This document shows, in pieces, positions 38,260 through 50,700 of a stretch of DNA of 64,000 nt. Both the position numbers and the translations under genes were made by a program. The stretch comes from Leidyana gryllorum EB-2025a (taxonomy: Eukaryota; Protista; Apicomplexa): assembly GCA_048772705.1 (NCBI GenBank), contig JBLWGC010000182.1, forward strand, positions 96,482 through 160,481. The letters run 5' to 3'. The notes under the pieces were generated by a model. The model was not told the origin of the DNA, did no database searches, and saw only the letters and a program-made list of their open reading frames with translations. Every line of letters begins with the position of its first letter. The first letter of the stretch is position 1.

Positions 38260-39743
38260 CTACGGCTCATCCTGATTGGTACCGTACTTCGCTCCGTCCC
38301 CTTCTTCTGCGTCCAGCACATCCAAAGATATTCTCTGGCTCATCTCCGGGGTGGTCGGCGGTACACTTCGGCGCGGGTAATAGAAGTGTCCCACCATCCA
38401 AGCGACCACGGCCCCAATGGCGATGCCGGCTATCACGTCAGTCCCGTGATGACGATAGTCACTCGTCCTGCAAAAAGAAGATGATCACGCGTCTCGCAAA
38501 CGAATATTCATATACACACAGATACACACGCAACGCAACGCAAAGCAAAGCAAGAACAAACGCACACCTCTTTAGGTCGCAGCTGCTTCAATATCTCAAA
38601 CACACAAACACACACACACACATAAATGCAGGGGGACAGAGGAGATGATCGGCTTGACAACGTCAATCACTAGGCAAGAGAACAAGTGCCCATGGCCCGG
38701 ATAGACGGCTTGCGGGGAGAAGCCTCCCATCCGTACGCTGCGCACATAGGCTCAATGCTGTGGTGCTGTCATCGCGCGTTTGCTTTGCCAATTCCACAGA
38801 CACCGTGTACCCTTGTCGTGTGTCAGATGGCAGTCCGAGGCGGACATTTGCTGACTGAGTATTTTCAATTCCGTCTATCATCGCCGCATGTGTGGGTATA
38901 TTTATGTATGTGGAGGTGGCATTCGCTCGTGATCATCCAGTGCTGGATGCTCAAGCTTGCGACAAGATATTTAACCTACCGAGATAGAGCAATCACTAAA
39001 GGTGGCAACATGGTAAGCACCGGGAACACGAGGGCCTCAGCCCCGTATCCTCTGCGAATGATGCGGATCCGGGAGAACGCCCATTCTGCCATGAACATGA
39101 AGACGCCGAACGACAAGGCGGAATGTTCTGAGGGGAAAGACATCCTGCCATCTTTCAGAACGTGTGGGCCGTAGGGTGACTTTGAGCAGTCTGGTGGGGC
39201 ATCAGTCTATGGGTATGGGGATAACTTCAAGATCTTTGATGAAGTGGCTGGCAACTCACCTCGAAACTCTTTGAGATGGCTATCAAAGCAGCAGAGTTCT
39301 GTTCACCGAAGCATCGGCTCAGAAAGTCTGGTCGGGGTCGTCCGTACAAACGTTTGGTGACCTCGCAGACCAGAATATTTATAAGCATCACCAGACTGAT
39401 GGCCAGTCCATATTTCACAGCTGTCTTTATCCTGGTCTGTCTGTTTCGGCGACGATCGAGCCAGAGAAAGTAGCACAAATTCACAATGGGGAGTGACACG
39501 AGGATGATTCCAGTCGGGACCGCGGGAAAGGTCTCGTGTTCAGCATAAGGGAACTGTCAAATCGATGATCTATTTGTCCTAAATTCCAATTGCATTCAAC
39601 CTCACTCGGTATTTGTGCCACTTTTCGGGCTGCACCCTCCGAACAAATGGCGGAACCCATAAGACCAAAGCCCCGATGATTAGGAGTAAGCCCAAACGGA
39701 CTGCGATCTCCTGGACCAAGAATTTCTTCCCCAAGACGTCCAT
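38260..39743 (-). CDS. PAP2-family lipid phosphate phosphatase, probably active
   Basis: KRLYGRPRPDF (domain 1), SFPSEHSA (domain 2), SRTSDYRHHGTDV (domain 3, split by the 512-nt intron 38468-38979). Confidence 0.9.
38530..38622. repeat. Simple repeats (GCAAC/GCAAA pentamers and a CA tract) inside the long PAP2 intron
   Basis: Read directly: GCAACGCAACGCAAAGCAAAGCAA and CACACAAACACACACACACACA. Confidence 0.75.
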
Positions 39744-39784
39744 GGCCTCACTGCTCCTTTTTGCTCTTCTGCACCTCTGCTACC

Positions 39785-41245
39785 TCAAGCCGGCTCTTTA
39801 GAAACAACAATGTTTAAATGATGCCCCTCGTCCCGCAGTTGTTTTGCAGAAGGGCTCTCTTCATCCACCGATTGCTCCAACTGCATCGTAGCGAGTCTAT
39901 GCGACGAGGACGAAGGCGACCCCAGCGGTGGATGGGATGTATAATGGCGGAAAGTGGACGTCGAAGGTGTTGTTGAGTGCTGTGCGTGTGTCGGGGCCCC
40001 ATGATGAGTGGGAGTGGGAGCGGGAACGGGGGAATGACCAGCTGCGGGTAGGTGATGGGAACCACTGTCACCAACAATTTGAGTGTGAAACAGCCCCCCG
40101 CTGTGCGAAGGACTGAGTGTGCGTGCATGTACAGAAGGGTGGCCGCGACCGACACCACTATGGCCGTGACGGCCCTCAATCTCTTTGCTCTTGCCACTAA
40201 TATTCTCATCTGAGAAGTATGACGGGAAGGGGTGATCATCATCGCAAACTGGGCCGTCTACATTGGCCGGGGGGAGGGGTCGGTTGCGAATGGGGCCGTT
40301 TCCTGTCCGGGGTCTGTAGGTCTCATAGAGACGAATGCAAAGGCATGGGAGCTCGAAGTTGTAGTAAATCCTGAACCCAATGCTGCTGCACACTATAGCA
40401 ATGATTGCTGCGGCCAGAACGTCCCATTGGTGCGCTTGGTACCGCCAGACCGGCAGTTGTGCCAGAGTAGCCGGTACCGTTATGAGCAGCGCTGGGACCA
40501 CAAGGCGCAAGAAGCCCAGATTGGGAAACAAAGAGATTTTGCCGATCATCCATAGCCCTGTGAACCAGTACACTGACCACAAGTTGGCACTGGCGCTGCT
40601 GGGGAATGATTGGAACATTTCTGGGTGTGCCTGGACGGAGGACGCAATGCGCGGAAACGATCCGTCCTCCTTGATTGGGCCACACCACAGGGTCAAAGGG
40701 TTCCGTTTCTGACGATTATAACGGGACTATGGAGGAGGAGGAGCGTTTGATGTGCGACTCACGACGATAGCATTATAAATAGCCTCCAATGCGTCTGGTT
40801 CAGTAGTGTGTGCACAGAAGGAGATGTAGTCTGGACGGATGCTGAGGAATAGACGGCGCGCAATCTCAGTGACAGCATTGGTGAGGAGTAATGCCCCACT
40901 GAGAGCCACTAAAAATAGAATGGCTTCCTGAATGATATGCTTTCGGCGCCAATTGCCGGCATGATGTAGGGCGATGAGGATGCTGATGGGGCAGATGAGT
41001 GCGGGCGCAATGGAAGCGAGAATTGTGGCGTAGAGTGGGAGGGCGGGTTTGTCTTGATGAGGATAGGCTATTGATCGTAAGTCCGAAGGCCAATGTAAGG
41101 GGTAATCGGTTCCTACTTGACACAGCACGACAATGCAAGTGAGCAGTACTAATCGTACGGCCAGCTCTCCTGCCAACCACCACCAATCCAGAGGTAGTTT
41201 CGATCGTGATCGACGTCTAACTGGTCTTAGCGATGTGGACCTCAT
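39785..41245 (-). CDS. PAP2-family protein with degenerate catalytic motifs and His/Ser/Pro-rich tail (2 exons)
   Basis: IAYPH, RRLFLSIRPDY, QSFPSSAS, WRYQAHQWDVLAA; tandem paralog of the neighbouring PAP2 gene. Confidence 0.82.
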
Positions 41246-41257
41246 GCATGTGACCCC

Positions 41258-41893
41258 TCAGCTATCGAGTTTCGCACCTCGGGCTGTCATGACTGATGCA
41301 GGAAGGTTTGAGAGGTTGAGGGCAGGCAGAGTCGAGTACTCACTGGCGCGATATTGGATGTTCCTGATGAGATTATTCTCGAGTTGTTCCAATTGGGTGC
41401 GGGTTCTGTGAGAGCCAAAGGTATCGGTTTTGATTGTAGAGACTCACTCTAAGGCCGGCACCATATCATTCCTTCGCATTTGTAAGAAGCTCGTGAGGGC
41501 GTGAAGCGCTTGTGCGGCGTTGGACCGGAATATATCATCTTGATGAAAGGCACTGAGGAGGGCCAGGATCCATCTGGAGAAAGCTTCGTTCTTGCGAGGA
41601 CAACTGTGATAGGCGAGAAATGGGAATGAGTTGCGACAGAAAGTAATTTCGGTACCTAACGAGGGTTGCGACCAGATGGTCGAGCAGAAGGGCTGCTTGA
41701 TCAGACTGGAGGGCTTGACATGCAGTCTGCAAGTTGGCTGAACAAATTTTGCAAGAATATTGGTATTGGTCCCCTCATCACTAGTAACTCTCTTACCTTC
41801 GTCTTCTAGAAGCGCTACCAGCAGTTGGTCCAGAAGCAAGTGGTCCCTTGTCCGCAAAGCTTGAGTGAGGAGCGGTATATTGGAGGCGGCCAT
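41258..41893 (-). CDS. Stand-alone Utp12/Dip2-domain protein (Utp5-like C-terminal domain)
   Basis: LLTQALRTRDHLLLDQ, LQTACQAL...AALLLDHL, WILALL follow the Utp5 C-terminal domain pattern; 3-4 introns. Confidence 0.62.
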
Positions 41894-41932
41894 CGGGAGG
41901 AGACTTTTTTTTCGGCTCGGTGGTGAACGAAC

Positions 41933-42331
41933 ATGACAGGCGGTCGACGACCAAATGATATTGGGTTGTTACTGCCGGCATCTCAGAGATCGTTCGGGCA
42001 CTCGAGTGATTACAGCAGTGAGGATGCATTGCAAGGTCTGAAGCGGAGACTACCAGCACGAGACGGAGCTGTGAAAAAGCTAGTTGGACGCTTGAACAGC
42101 GGTACCGAGGAGGAGAGACAAGAAGCCTTTCGTAAACTCTGTGACATTGCCACACAGTCACCTGGTGGAAGAAACAAAGTATTAAAAGCTGGAGGGTTCG
42201 GACGAGATTCGAGTCCCATCTCCAATGTTGTCGAAGAACCAGAAGAAGAACAAGAGATTGTCGATGAACGTCCATCCCGACGCTGCTTATTTCATCGTCG
42301 CAAAAAGAGACTACCTCCTCCACAACGTTGA
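41933..42331 (+). CDS. Small hypothetical protein with one armadillo-like repeat
   Basis: GAVKKLVGRLNSGTEEERQEAFRKLCDIA...RNKVLKAGG fits the ARM consensus; ATG start, fills a gap between genes. Confidence 0.55.
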   Translation: MTGGRRPNDIGLLLPASQRSFGHSSDYSSEDALQGLKRRLPARDGAVKKLVGRLNSGTEEERQEAFRKLCDIATQSPGGRNKVLKAGGFGRDSSPISNVVEEPEEEQEIVDERPSRRCLFHRRKKRLPPPQR

Positions 42332-44559
42332 CCAAAGTCTCTTGGTCAACCCTTCTCCTCCTCCGCTGCCGCCCACCGAAGACCCTATTGGCCACCAAAT
42401 ACAAACTTATATCAGTGAATATGTACAAATGAAGATCACCTGTCGTTATTTCCGGGGGGGTGGGACTTATATCAGTCTTCACTGCCGCCAACCCCTGAAG
42501 GTACTCCACGCTCAGCAGAGGCTCGACCTGAAAATTGTCGTTTAAATAGCGCCCGCCCGGGTGGGTGGGTGATTTTGGGGATAGCGCAGAGGCTCACTCC
42601 GCCTCTCTCCGTTTGCATTTTACTCACCAAATCGAATACGATCCCCCGAGGAAGAATGAAATGCGGCCCCGAAACTAGAGTGGGCAGATCACTCGGAGGT
42701 GGTATTTGATGCGGTAACACTTCCCCGCAAGTTTTGACCGTTATCAATCCAACAGCCAGCACCGTCTGCACTCTCATGCACTCAGCAAGGACGGCGTGCT
42801 CCAATTCGTCACATTCCATCATACAATGCTTTGCATACGTGTTCTGCACGGACACCCACAAAACATATATATAACTGTCTTGTTCGTTGCTCACCAAAAG
42901 CAACCGGTCGTCTGCGTCTTCTACGACAATGTCTGTTGTTCGTTGTTTTGGCAGTCGGGCTAACGCCACAGCTCTCTCCCAATCCAGATTACTCGCCAAC
43001 AGAAGTGAGAGGAACAAAGCCTTGCAATTGCGGTACAGCACACGCATCTCATACAACGGCAGCCCACTCGGACCTCCCAACTTGTCCACAGCCGCCTCGA
43101 TCGTATCCACAGCCGCCAAAGCAGCCTCTGCAGTCCGCACGCCAACCTCACCTTTGATCGAGTTACCCAATACGGAATCTGAGGAAGGAAAAGAGATGGA
43201 AGGAATCCGCCAGTCAACTACCAACCTGTGTAGTGGAAGTCTTGCTGCTCCGCCTTTGCCTTCAATTCAGCGAGAATCGGAATCTGCGCTGCGAGGACAC
43301 CGCAGTGTTTAGGTACGTCGCTCAAAAGACGTCGGATGGCTCTGGAATCTCGTATGAGATCGACAATCCCCTGAATGAGGTCCAACATGGCCACAGCTTT
43401 CTTGGATTTCTCAGCCAATGTGCCCGCTGCCAACTCGGCTTCCTCCAGAGCCTTCAAAGAGTCGGCAATGGCATCCGTTACTTCATCCTCAACTTTGCTG
43501 CTAGACACCGCCTCCGAATCGTCTCTGTTGACCTCGGACCCATGATGCAACCACCACAATGCCTGATCACTTTCTAATGCCTTCAAAGCGGCTTGGCAAC
43601 TCAGAACCAAACTGTTATCCGTGACCTCTATGTCGTTGTTGTCACCATAAGTGATTTTGAGTGGCAGCCAGTCACCCTTATCGTCACCCTTTAGCGTTGT
43701 TTGAACTTCGATTCCAAATGTCCGCAACAGGTTTCGAGCCTTCTCTACACCCGCCAGTCTCGCGCGCTCTTCCTCTTCAGCGTTCTTCAGCGACTCCGCT
43801 GCCAGTGTTTGAGTCTCCAGAATTGGAGCCAGAAACCAGTCGATATTTTCCCGGTCCAGCGCACTCTCATTTACGGCATCCGCCCCGGCAGCGGCTTCGT
43901 GATTGGCGAATCTGATGCATTTGCACAGATACGATATTTCCGACGTCATCCCCACAATCTCGCTGTATTTGGCCGCGTTGCCGGGTCTCATACACAGTGC
44001 GGCCACCCGCTGCGCTAACATGTACGCGTGAAGTTGCACCAGTGTGGTGGGATCGTAGTATCCAGGGTGTGCGAGTCCATAGTCGTAGAGTTTCGTCAGG
44101 ACCCTGGCAGCTCGGTCGTAGTGCACTCTGATGTACTTGCGACGTTCAGCGCTCGTCCGCAGCTTGTTTGTCATCAAACGATGTTCCGTCAGCTTCGCTT
44201 TCGACCAGGAGCGCTCAGCCCACGCCAGAAAACCGATGAGATACTTGTTAGTCGGTTGCAGTTCCTCGGGTAAACCCAGACGTATGCGACTTTTCCCTCG
44301 CGCCCGACGTCTCCCACCAGCCTTGACTGCCGGCTTCTTCTTCTTTATGGGCTCCTTCTCCACCACAATCATCTCCACCTGACCTCGGTATCGGGCACTC
44401 TTTCTATTACAATACTTGGTGTAAGCGATATAATCCCTCATCGTGACTCCATGGAACGACCTCCATGTTCGGACTGTGCCGAATACTGCTCGGATACGAA
44501 TAACGAGTGTGTGTGTGTTGTCACGAGTAGTCAGTCTCACCGTCCAATTCCACAGTCAT
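42311..44559 (-). CDS. SRP68: Signal recognition particle subunit SRP68 (multi-exon)
   Basis: HGVTMRDYIAYTKYCNRK, LAWAERSWSKA, RKYIRVHYDRA, PRGIVFDLV, and C-terminal GLTKRLWSTLWRR. Confidence 0.8.
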
Positions 44560-44707
44560 ACACCAAAATTCTTCCCCAACTATCGATGATTTCGAGTAGA
44601 AAGATAGAGTTACGTCACTGTTTGAGGGGGGGGGGTTCTGTTTGTTTTCATTTCAGGTCACATACACTATAAAGTTAAACGAATTCTAACATTGATTGCC
44701 TTCTTCC

Positions 44708-47700
44708 CTACACACTACCGGCAACTTGCCACTCCGCCAGTCTGCGATAGAACTTCTTGGCGTGGAATCGGGTGGCGAATTGTAAAATCATCTCGGCTCC
44801 TTCCGGCTGCTGAGGACAAGGACTCACGGTCATTGCCACCACACAACCGGACCGCACTGCAGAGAGATACATATTGGTCACATTTCATAGCTCCACTTAC
44901 ATTTCAATGCTTTCCCGTGTTGTCGGAAAAGACTGGTGGATTGGGCTCCACGTTCCAGTTTCCGGACGCGGCCCATCGGAATCTCAAAGTCAAAGTTCTG
45001 CATCTTCTTGTCGTGCATATACTTTAAAGATCTGCAGGGGGAGGAGTGGTTGAGAATGATGCTAGAGGCATAGAGCACTTACGTCAGGTCAGTACTACTC
45101 TTCCAGTAAAAGCTGGCGAACCCGGGTTTGCCAGCCTCGTCAATCACAGACATGACCGCTTTGCCTCCACGCCGAATCTTCTTTCTGATGTCGGTAGGCA
45201 GATCCTGTACGCCATTTGGATACTTGTCCGTCGTAAACTCCTCTGCATCAAGTGGCACTTCGTATGTGGTTAATGGGTAAAAGAGCGACGGCTTCAAATC
45301 GGCTCCATCCATACTCAACAAAGCGTACAACTCCTCCACCTTGCGTTTCAACAGAGCCTCCTTCTTGGGATGGAGGGCCTGTCCACACGATTTCAGAGCC
45401 TTCATGGACGAATCGGTGTTGGCGAGAGCCTTTATGTCATCACTGCTAATCAGACAAAGGGTATTGGCGAGGAATTCCGCCGCTTCGAACACAATCTGTT
45501 TCTTGGCATCACATCGCTGCTCTTTCATGCGACCAAAGGCTTTGCAAACCAGAATACCCAAATCGGATTGCTCCTCGGTGAATGCCTGATTGACACCATC
45601 GACCTTCTCAGCGGTCACATACGCCAAATACACCATGGCGAACCGAGTCAACTTGTCGAGACGCATAGTCTCAGTCTCTTGTTCCACCAACATGGCGAAC
45701 AGCGCCCGAGCAATACACACGGCACCTCTGGCGTCCAGTCCAATGTTCTCATAGGCGCGAACCCCTCGCGGCTTATAAAGAACCTCTCCGCTGCCAGCGC
45801 GCTCAGAGGAACGAGGTGACGTTGTGCTGCCGGTGTGCTGAACAGGCGAGTCCAAGGCAACGGGCGACCCGTCAGTGGTCGGAGACGCGTCACCCGTCTC
45901 GTCATCCACGTCGTCGCTCAAATCTTTCTCCAGAGCCTTCGCGTCTTTGGTCGTTAAGCGATTACTCTTAAATAGTCGACTGAAGGACTTGGTGCGGTCG
46001 GTACCCGAGAAATCTGCTCGCCACTCTGGCTCAGTAACAACCTCAGCACTCTCGTCTCTCTCAGCACCGCAGGGGGCGGGATGCAGATGCAACAATTGCA
46101 TTAGGATACGCAAAGCTTCAGTGGCAGTACACGCACTGACAGCGTCCACGTTGGCCTGAGACGCGGCAGCACACAAGACGTCCGTCAACAAGGGCATAGG
46201 AGAAGCCTCGACGAAGACTTTGGCAGCATTCCGGTCGCAGACCAATCTTCGCAGAACCTTCAGCCCTCCAATGACCAATTCAGCGTTCAGTTCCTCGCAG
46301 TCATCGAGAATCCCCAGAACAAAGTTGCAGAATCCACTGTCGACCATGTCATCAACAGCCCTCTTGTTGCTGGCCAGGACGGCGAAAAGAGCCAAGCCGT
46401 GTTCGTAAACCTTCTCGTGTTTGACCGAGTTGAGGTATCCAGTGATGATCTCAACACCGCGATTCTGGATGAACACTTCACGATTCTCCGGATGCCGACA
46501 CAACGAACCGAAGGTTTCGAAGACGAAAGCCAACATGTCAGGATCTGTCCTGGGCTTCTCCTCCAGGAGGTGAAGCAGAGCGGGCAGCAGGGCGCCGAAT
46601 TGCTCCATGAAAGCTGTGGTGTTCTCCAGAGTCAAATTCGAAAGGGTCCTCAAACTGGTGAGGATCAGCTCGTCCGGGATGTTGGACGAATTGGTGTAGA
46701 AACTCTCCAGAGCTTTGGATATGCCGCTGTCCAAGAACCGCTGAACATTATTCGGGATCAACGCCAAATTCGTCACAGCCTTAAACATTGAGCCCAAACA
46801 TCTGTAGGCACTCTCGCTTGCCAATCCATCATATTGGTGGATGGTCAGCAGTATGGCTTCAGCCGCTCCTCGGCCACCCAGGTGTTCCTTGAAGTCGTCT
46901 CGCTTGTAACTCAAATTGCACATCAGAATGGAGGCTGCGTTAGCCAAATCGTAATCAATTCTCCCCGTCATTGAGCTACGCATAATTCTGACGACCAGAT
47001 CGACACCCTTGGCGTTGCCAAACGCGTTAGCATTAGGCCCATGTCCGAGCACGAGGTTGCCGAGCGCCAAGCAGGCGTTCTGCTGCGTTCGAGACACATC
47101 AACGCTCTTCTTCTGAAGCTTCTCGCCTGAGAAATGGGCGCGGAGAACAGTGTGAGAACGGCAACGGGGTCACTTACATCGTTTGAGAAGGTCGGTCACT
47201 TTATCGATTCCCTCCAAGTCGCCAATGATCGTTTTGAGCTTAGGAATGGTGGCCATTGTACCGATACAGAAGAGGAGATCTGGGAGGAGATCTTGAGGGC
47301 TCTCAGGATTCTCAATGCGTTCCAGGAGACGCTCGGAGACGCGTTTTTTGACCAAGTCTTCGGTCCAAGACTCATTGATCATTGCTCGCAGTACTCTGAC
47401 GAGTTGACGAAGAACACCGAGACTGTAGCTGCGTTGATCGACGTCGTCCCATATTTTGCTGAGGATATTCAGAGCCTCAGTCCCGTCGTAGAAGGACCGT
47501 TGGTAACATATCTTCTCCATGAACTCGAGTCTCTTTATCAAGAAAGCCTCCTTCCTGACCGGATCGTTATCCATTCGCCAGCTGACGCCTTTCTGCACCA
47601 TTTGACAGACGATTAGAGCCGCTCTCTCCGAGGACCCGTACGCTTGGGCCCCCACTTTGGTGTGGAGAGCGCGCAAACAGCCGTTGACAATGTATTGGAC

Positions 47701-50700
47701 CAACTCGTTGTCTGAGAGACGGCCCATGGCATGGATGAAGTACTGAGCCGGAACTTTCTCATTCCCGGTAGGGAGCTCGCCGTCCTCCATCCCAATGCAT
47801 TTGAGGACATTGTCGGGATACTCGTGGAGTAATCCAAAGTTCATACACCCGAACGAGAACTCTCTGCCGTTAATGGTCGAGATGTTCTCAGTTTCTTCCA
47901 GCTGCTGAGTGCCACAAGCGAGATCTCCGGTTTTGCCAACGACAAAGTTGAATTCCTTCTGGAGAACTTGGTTATCTGCCAGATCCAACAACTCGCCATC
48001 TTCCTTGCGTAGGTTCCAGCGACGATATACTTCCTCCAATGTGAGCTGACCGGGCTGGACCTGGTTGAGGAGACGGCGGATTTCGTTGACCAAATGCAGA
48101 AGCTTTTCCTGAGTTGGCAAGTGCTTTTGATCATTGGCCAATATCACAATGCCCTCCAGCGTCTCCCGCAGGCCGTTGAGATCTCTCATGAAACTGCACG
48201 CTTCCTCATCTTCACTGATGAGTTTGAGAATCAACTCGAGGACCTCCTCGGCAGCCACAGCGTCCGTCTGGAGGATGTTGGTACATTCAGCCACCAGAGA
48301 AGGGATTGCTTTGGTGACAACACCGTCTCGGAGTTCACTGTTGTCACTGAAAGAACCCAATGCGCGGATGATCTGCTTCACCACATCCTCGCGAGGCGGC
48401 AGGGTCTTGAGAGCATCAGCCAACAGACTGTTGATTTTGTGCTTCTTGAGCTCCTGGAACTTCCCACGCTGTGCAAACATACCGCCGACGCCTGCCAGCT
48501 CACGGACGAGGTCCTGTTTGACATTGTCCTTTACTTCAGGGTCATCTTTGGCTGCCATCCACCGCTTCACGATCAGATCCAAAGCATCGTCGACCATCTC
48601 TTTGATTCCATCGCTCTCTTGACAAGACATGAGCTTACGAACCATATTGGCGTAACCATTGGCTCCCTCTATACTGCTTTCAGCCAGCTCCCGCACCTTC
48701 TTTTGACAGTCTTTGGTCTCGAACATGTTTGTCTTGCCTCCTTTGCGAGCGACAATGTTCCCGATCGCTTCCAAACCCTCACTGACAACGTTCGGCGAAC
48801 GTCGCAGACCCCAGACAGCAGTCATGATGGTGCTCTCGGCATCGCGACCCATCTCGCGAAGCCCTTCATGATCATCGCGACCCTTCTCAATTGCTTCAAC
48901 ACATTGCTCGTCGGCTGCAAAGTGTCCAATGAATCTGATGACAGCTTCACTGACTTCAGAGTCTTTGCAGTAACGCTCGAATATCTCCCAGGTAGACTTG
49001 AGGAAACCAGTTTCCAAGACTTTCTTTTTCAAGATCTCGAACGTCTCGGGATGCGCACACATCAGATCGAGCACCTCATAAGAGTCTCTCAGGAAAGGGC
49101 GGGTCTTGCGCACCAAACTCGATGGATCTTTGCGATGAATCATATCCACCATAGCGTTCATCATCCGCGGAATCATAGCCTTCACTCCGTACGGCGACAT
49201 CTCAGTCTGCTGTGGAGACTTGAGACCGCTCAGCTCGTCACCCAGAAGATCAACACGGGGCTCGAACCGTTGGCATAAACGTCTAGCGACCAAAGTGATA
49301 CTCGTCAACGCTTGAGCATCCCCTTTGCAGCTGGCTTCCATATACTCCGCCAACATGGCGATAGCTTTGGGAGCCAATTCATAGGTGTCGTCTACATTCT
49401 CGGTACTGCAGGGAATGAAGACCTCCAATTTCTTCAGGACATCCAGGAGCTCATCGCGGAATCCCTTCGGTTGTGTACTCAAAAGTTCGACGATCTGAGC
49501 AAAGTACTTTTTTATCCAATCTTCGGCCCCGAAGTTGACCAAGAAATCTCCCACAGCGACTTGGAGGTGTTTCGACGCGGGATGCGCCTCCATGAGATCT
49601 TGGACCACATCGAGTAAACCGGTAGCTTCGAGGTCTGACCGGTCCATTCTCGTTGTCATCGCTGTCAACAGACTGATGGTGGACACAACTGCCACAGAGT
49701 CATCCCGACAGGTTCCCAAGTTTCGACCGAAAGCCTTGCAAGCTTTCTGCAAAGCATTCGGGTTGCGGCCAAGTGCTTTGCGGAGGATCGCTCCGTGGTC
49801 TCCGCTGATGACGGCGATTCTCTGCAGCCCAGCGCAGGCCATCTCAGCATTCGCTGGCTCCTCAGTACTGAACTGATCAACTATCTTGAGCAAAGCTTCG
49901 CAACCGCCACACTCGGCAAAGAGAGCAACCATGTCTGCACCAATTTGACTTTCGAGGTTCGCACTTCCAAACATCTGGACGATGCAGCTCAGCGCATAGT
50001 GACGGTCTTCTGTCTTTGTAGCTCGGTTGAGCGAGTTGACCATCTCTTGAACTCCCAACTTGAAGTTAGGATCCTTCACAGTGTTGGGTCCAGCCAACAG
50101 GCCCATTGTTGACACCAGCGTAGGAACAGCTTGTGGATCGGACTTCATGATTTCCGGCATTACCTCCATGAGATACTTGTTGAACTCCATGGCACCAGCA
50201 GCGTAAAGGGGATTGCGTTCGTGAGCCAGCAGCGTTCGTCCAGCATCGAGAGCCGACTTGAAGACCTCTTTACTCAACTCGGTACTCGAGGCATTGCCTT
50301 GGGCCTCATGAGCGATGGTTTTCAAGAGGTTCAATGCTCCGTTCTTCAACAGCAAGCTGCTATGTGGTCGGCCTACTTGCGCAGTATTCTTCATGATGCC
50401 GACAGCGTCCTTCGAGCAGACTTCCATTTCACTGCTGCCACCAGCGCCTTTAACCGCATTCATTGACTCGAAGAAGGCCCCAACAGCATCGCCAACCCCG
50501 TTCTTGCTGGCATGTTTGGCAGCATCAGCAGCTTGCGTGAGATCGCAAAGCGAAGCCAACGCCTTCTTTCCAGTCACCATGTCGCGATTGCGGGCCGCAA
50601 GGCCGAGATGGTTGATCTGTTCCGAGACCTCTCTCCGAGCTTCTTCCACAGGAGTTAACAGACGAGTCAATGACATACACATCTTGACAATGTCGGGTTT

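Noticed and set aside
38468-38979. TPP riboswitch or RNase P/MRP identity for the long intron
   Set aside because: Diagnostic motifs (CTGAGA...CCTGAT, GAAAGTCCCC, the P4 pseudoknot) not found on either strand.
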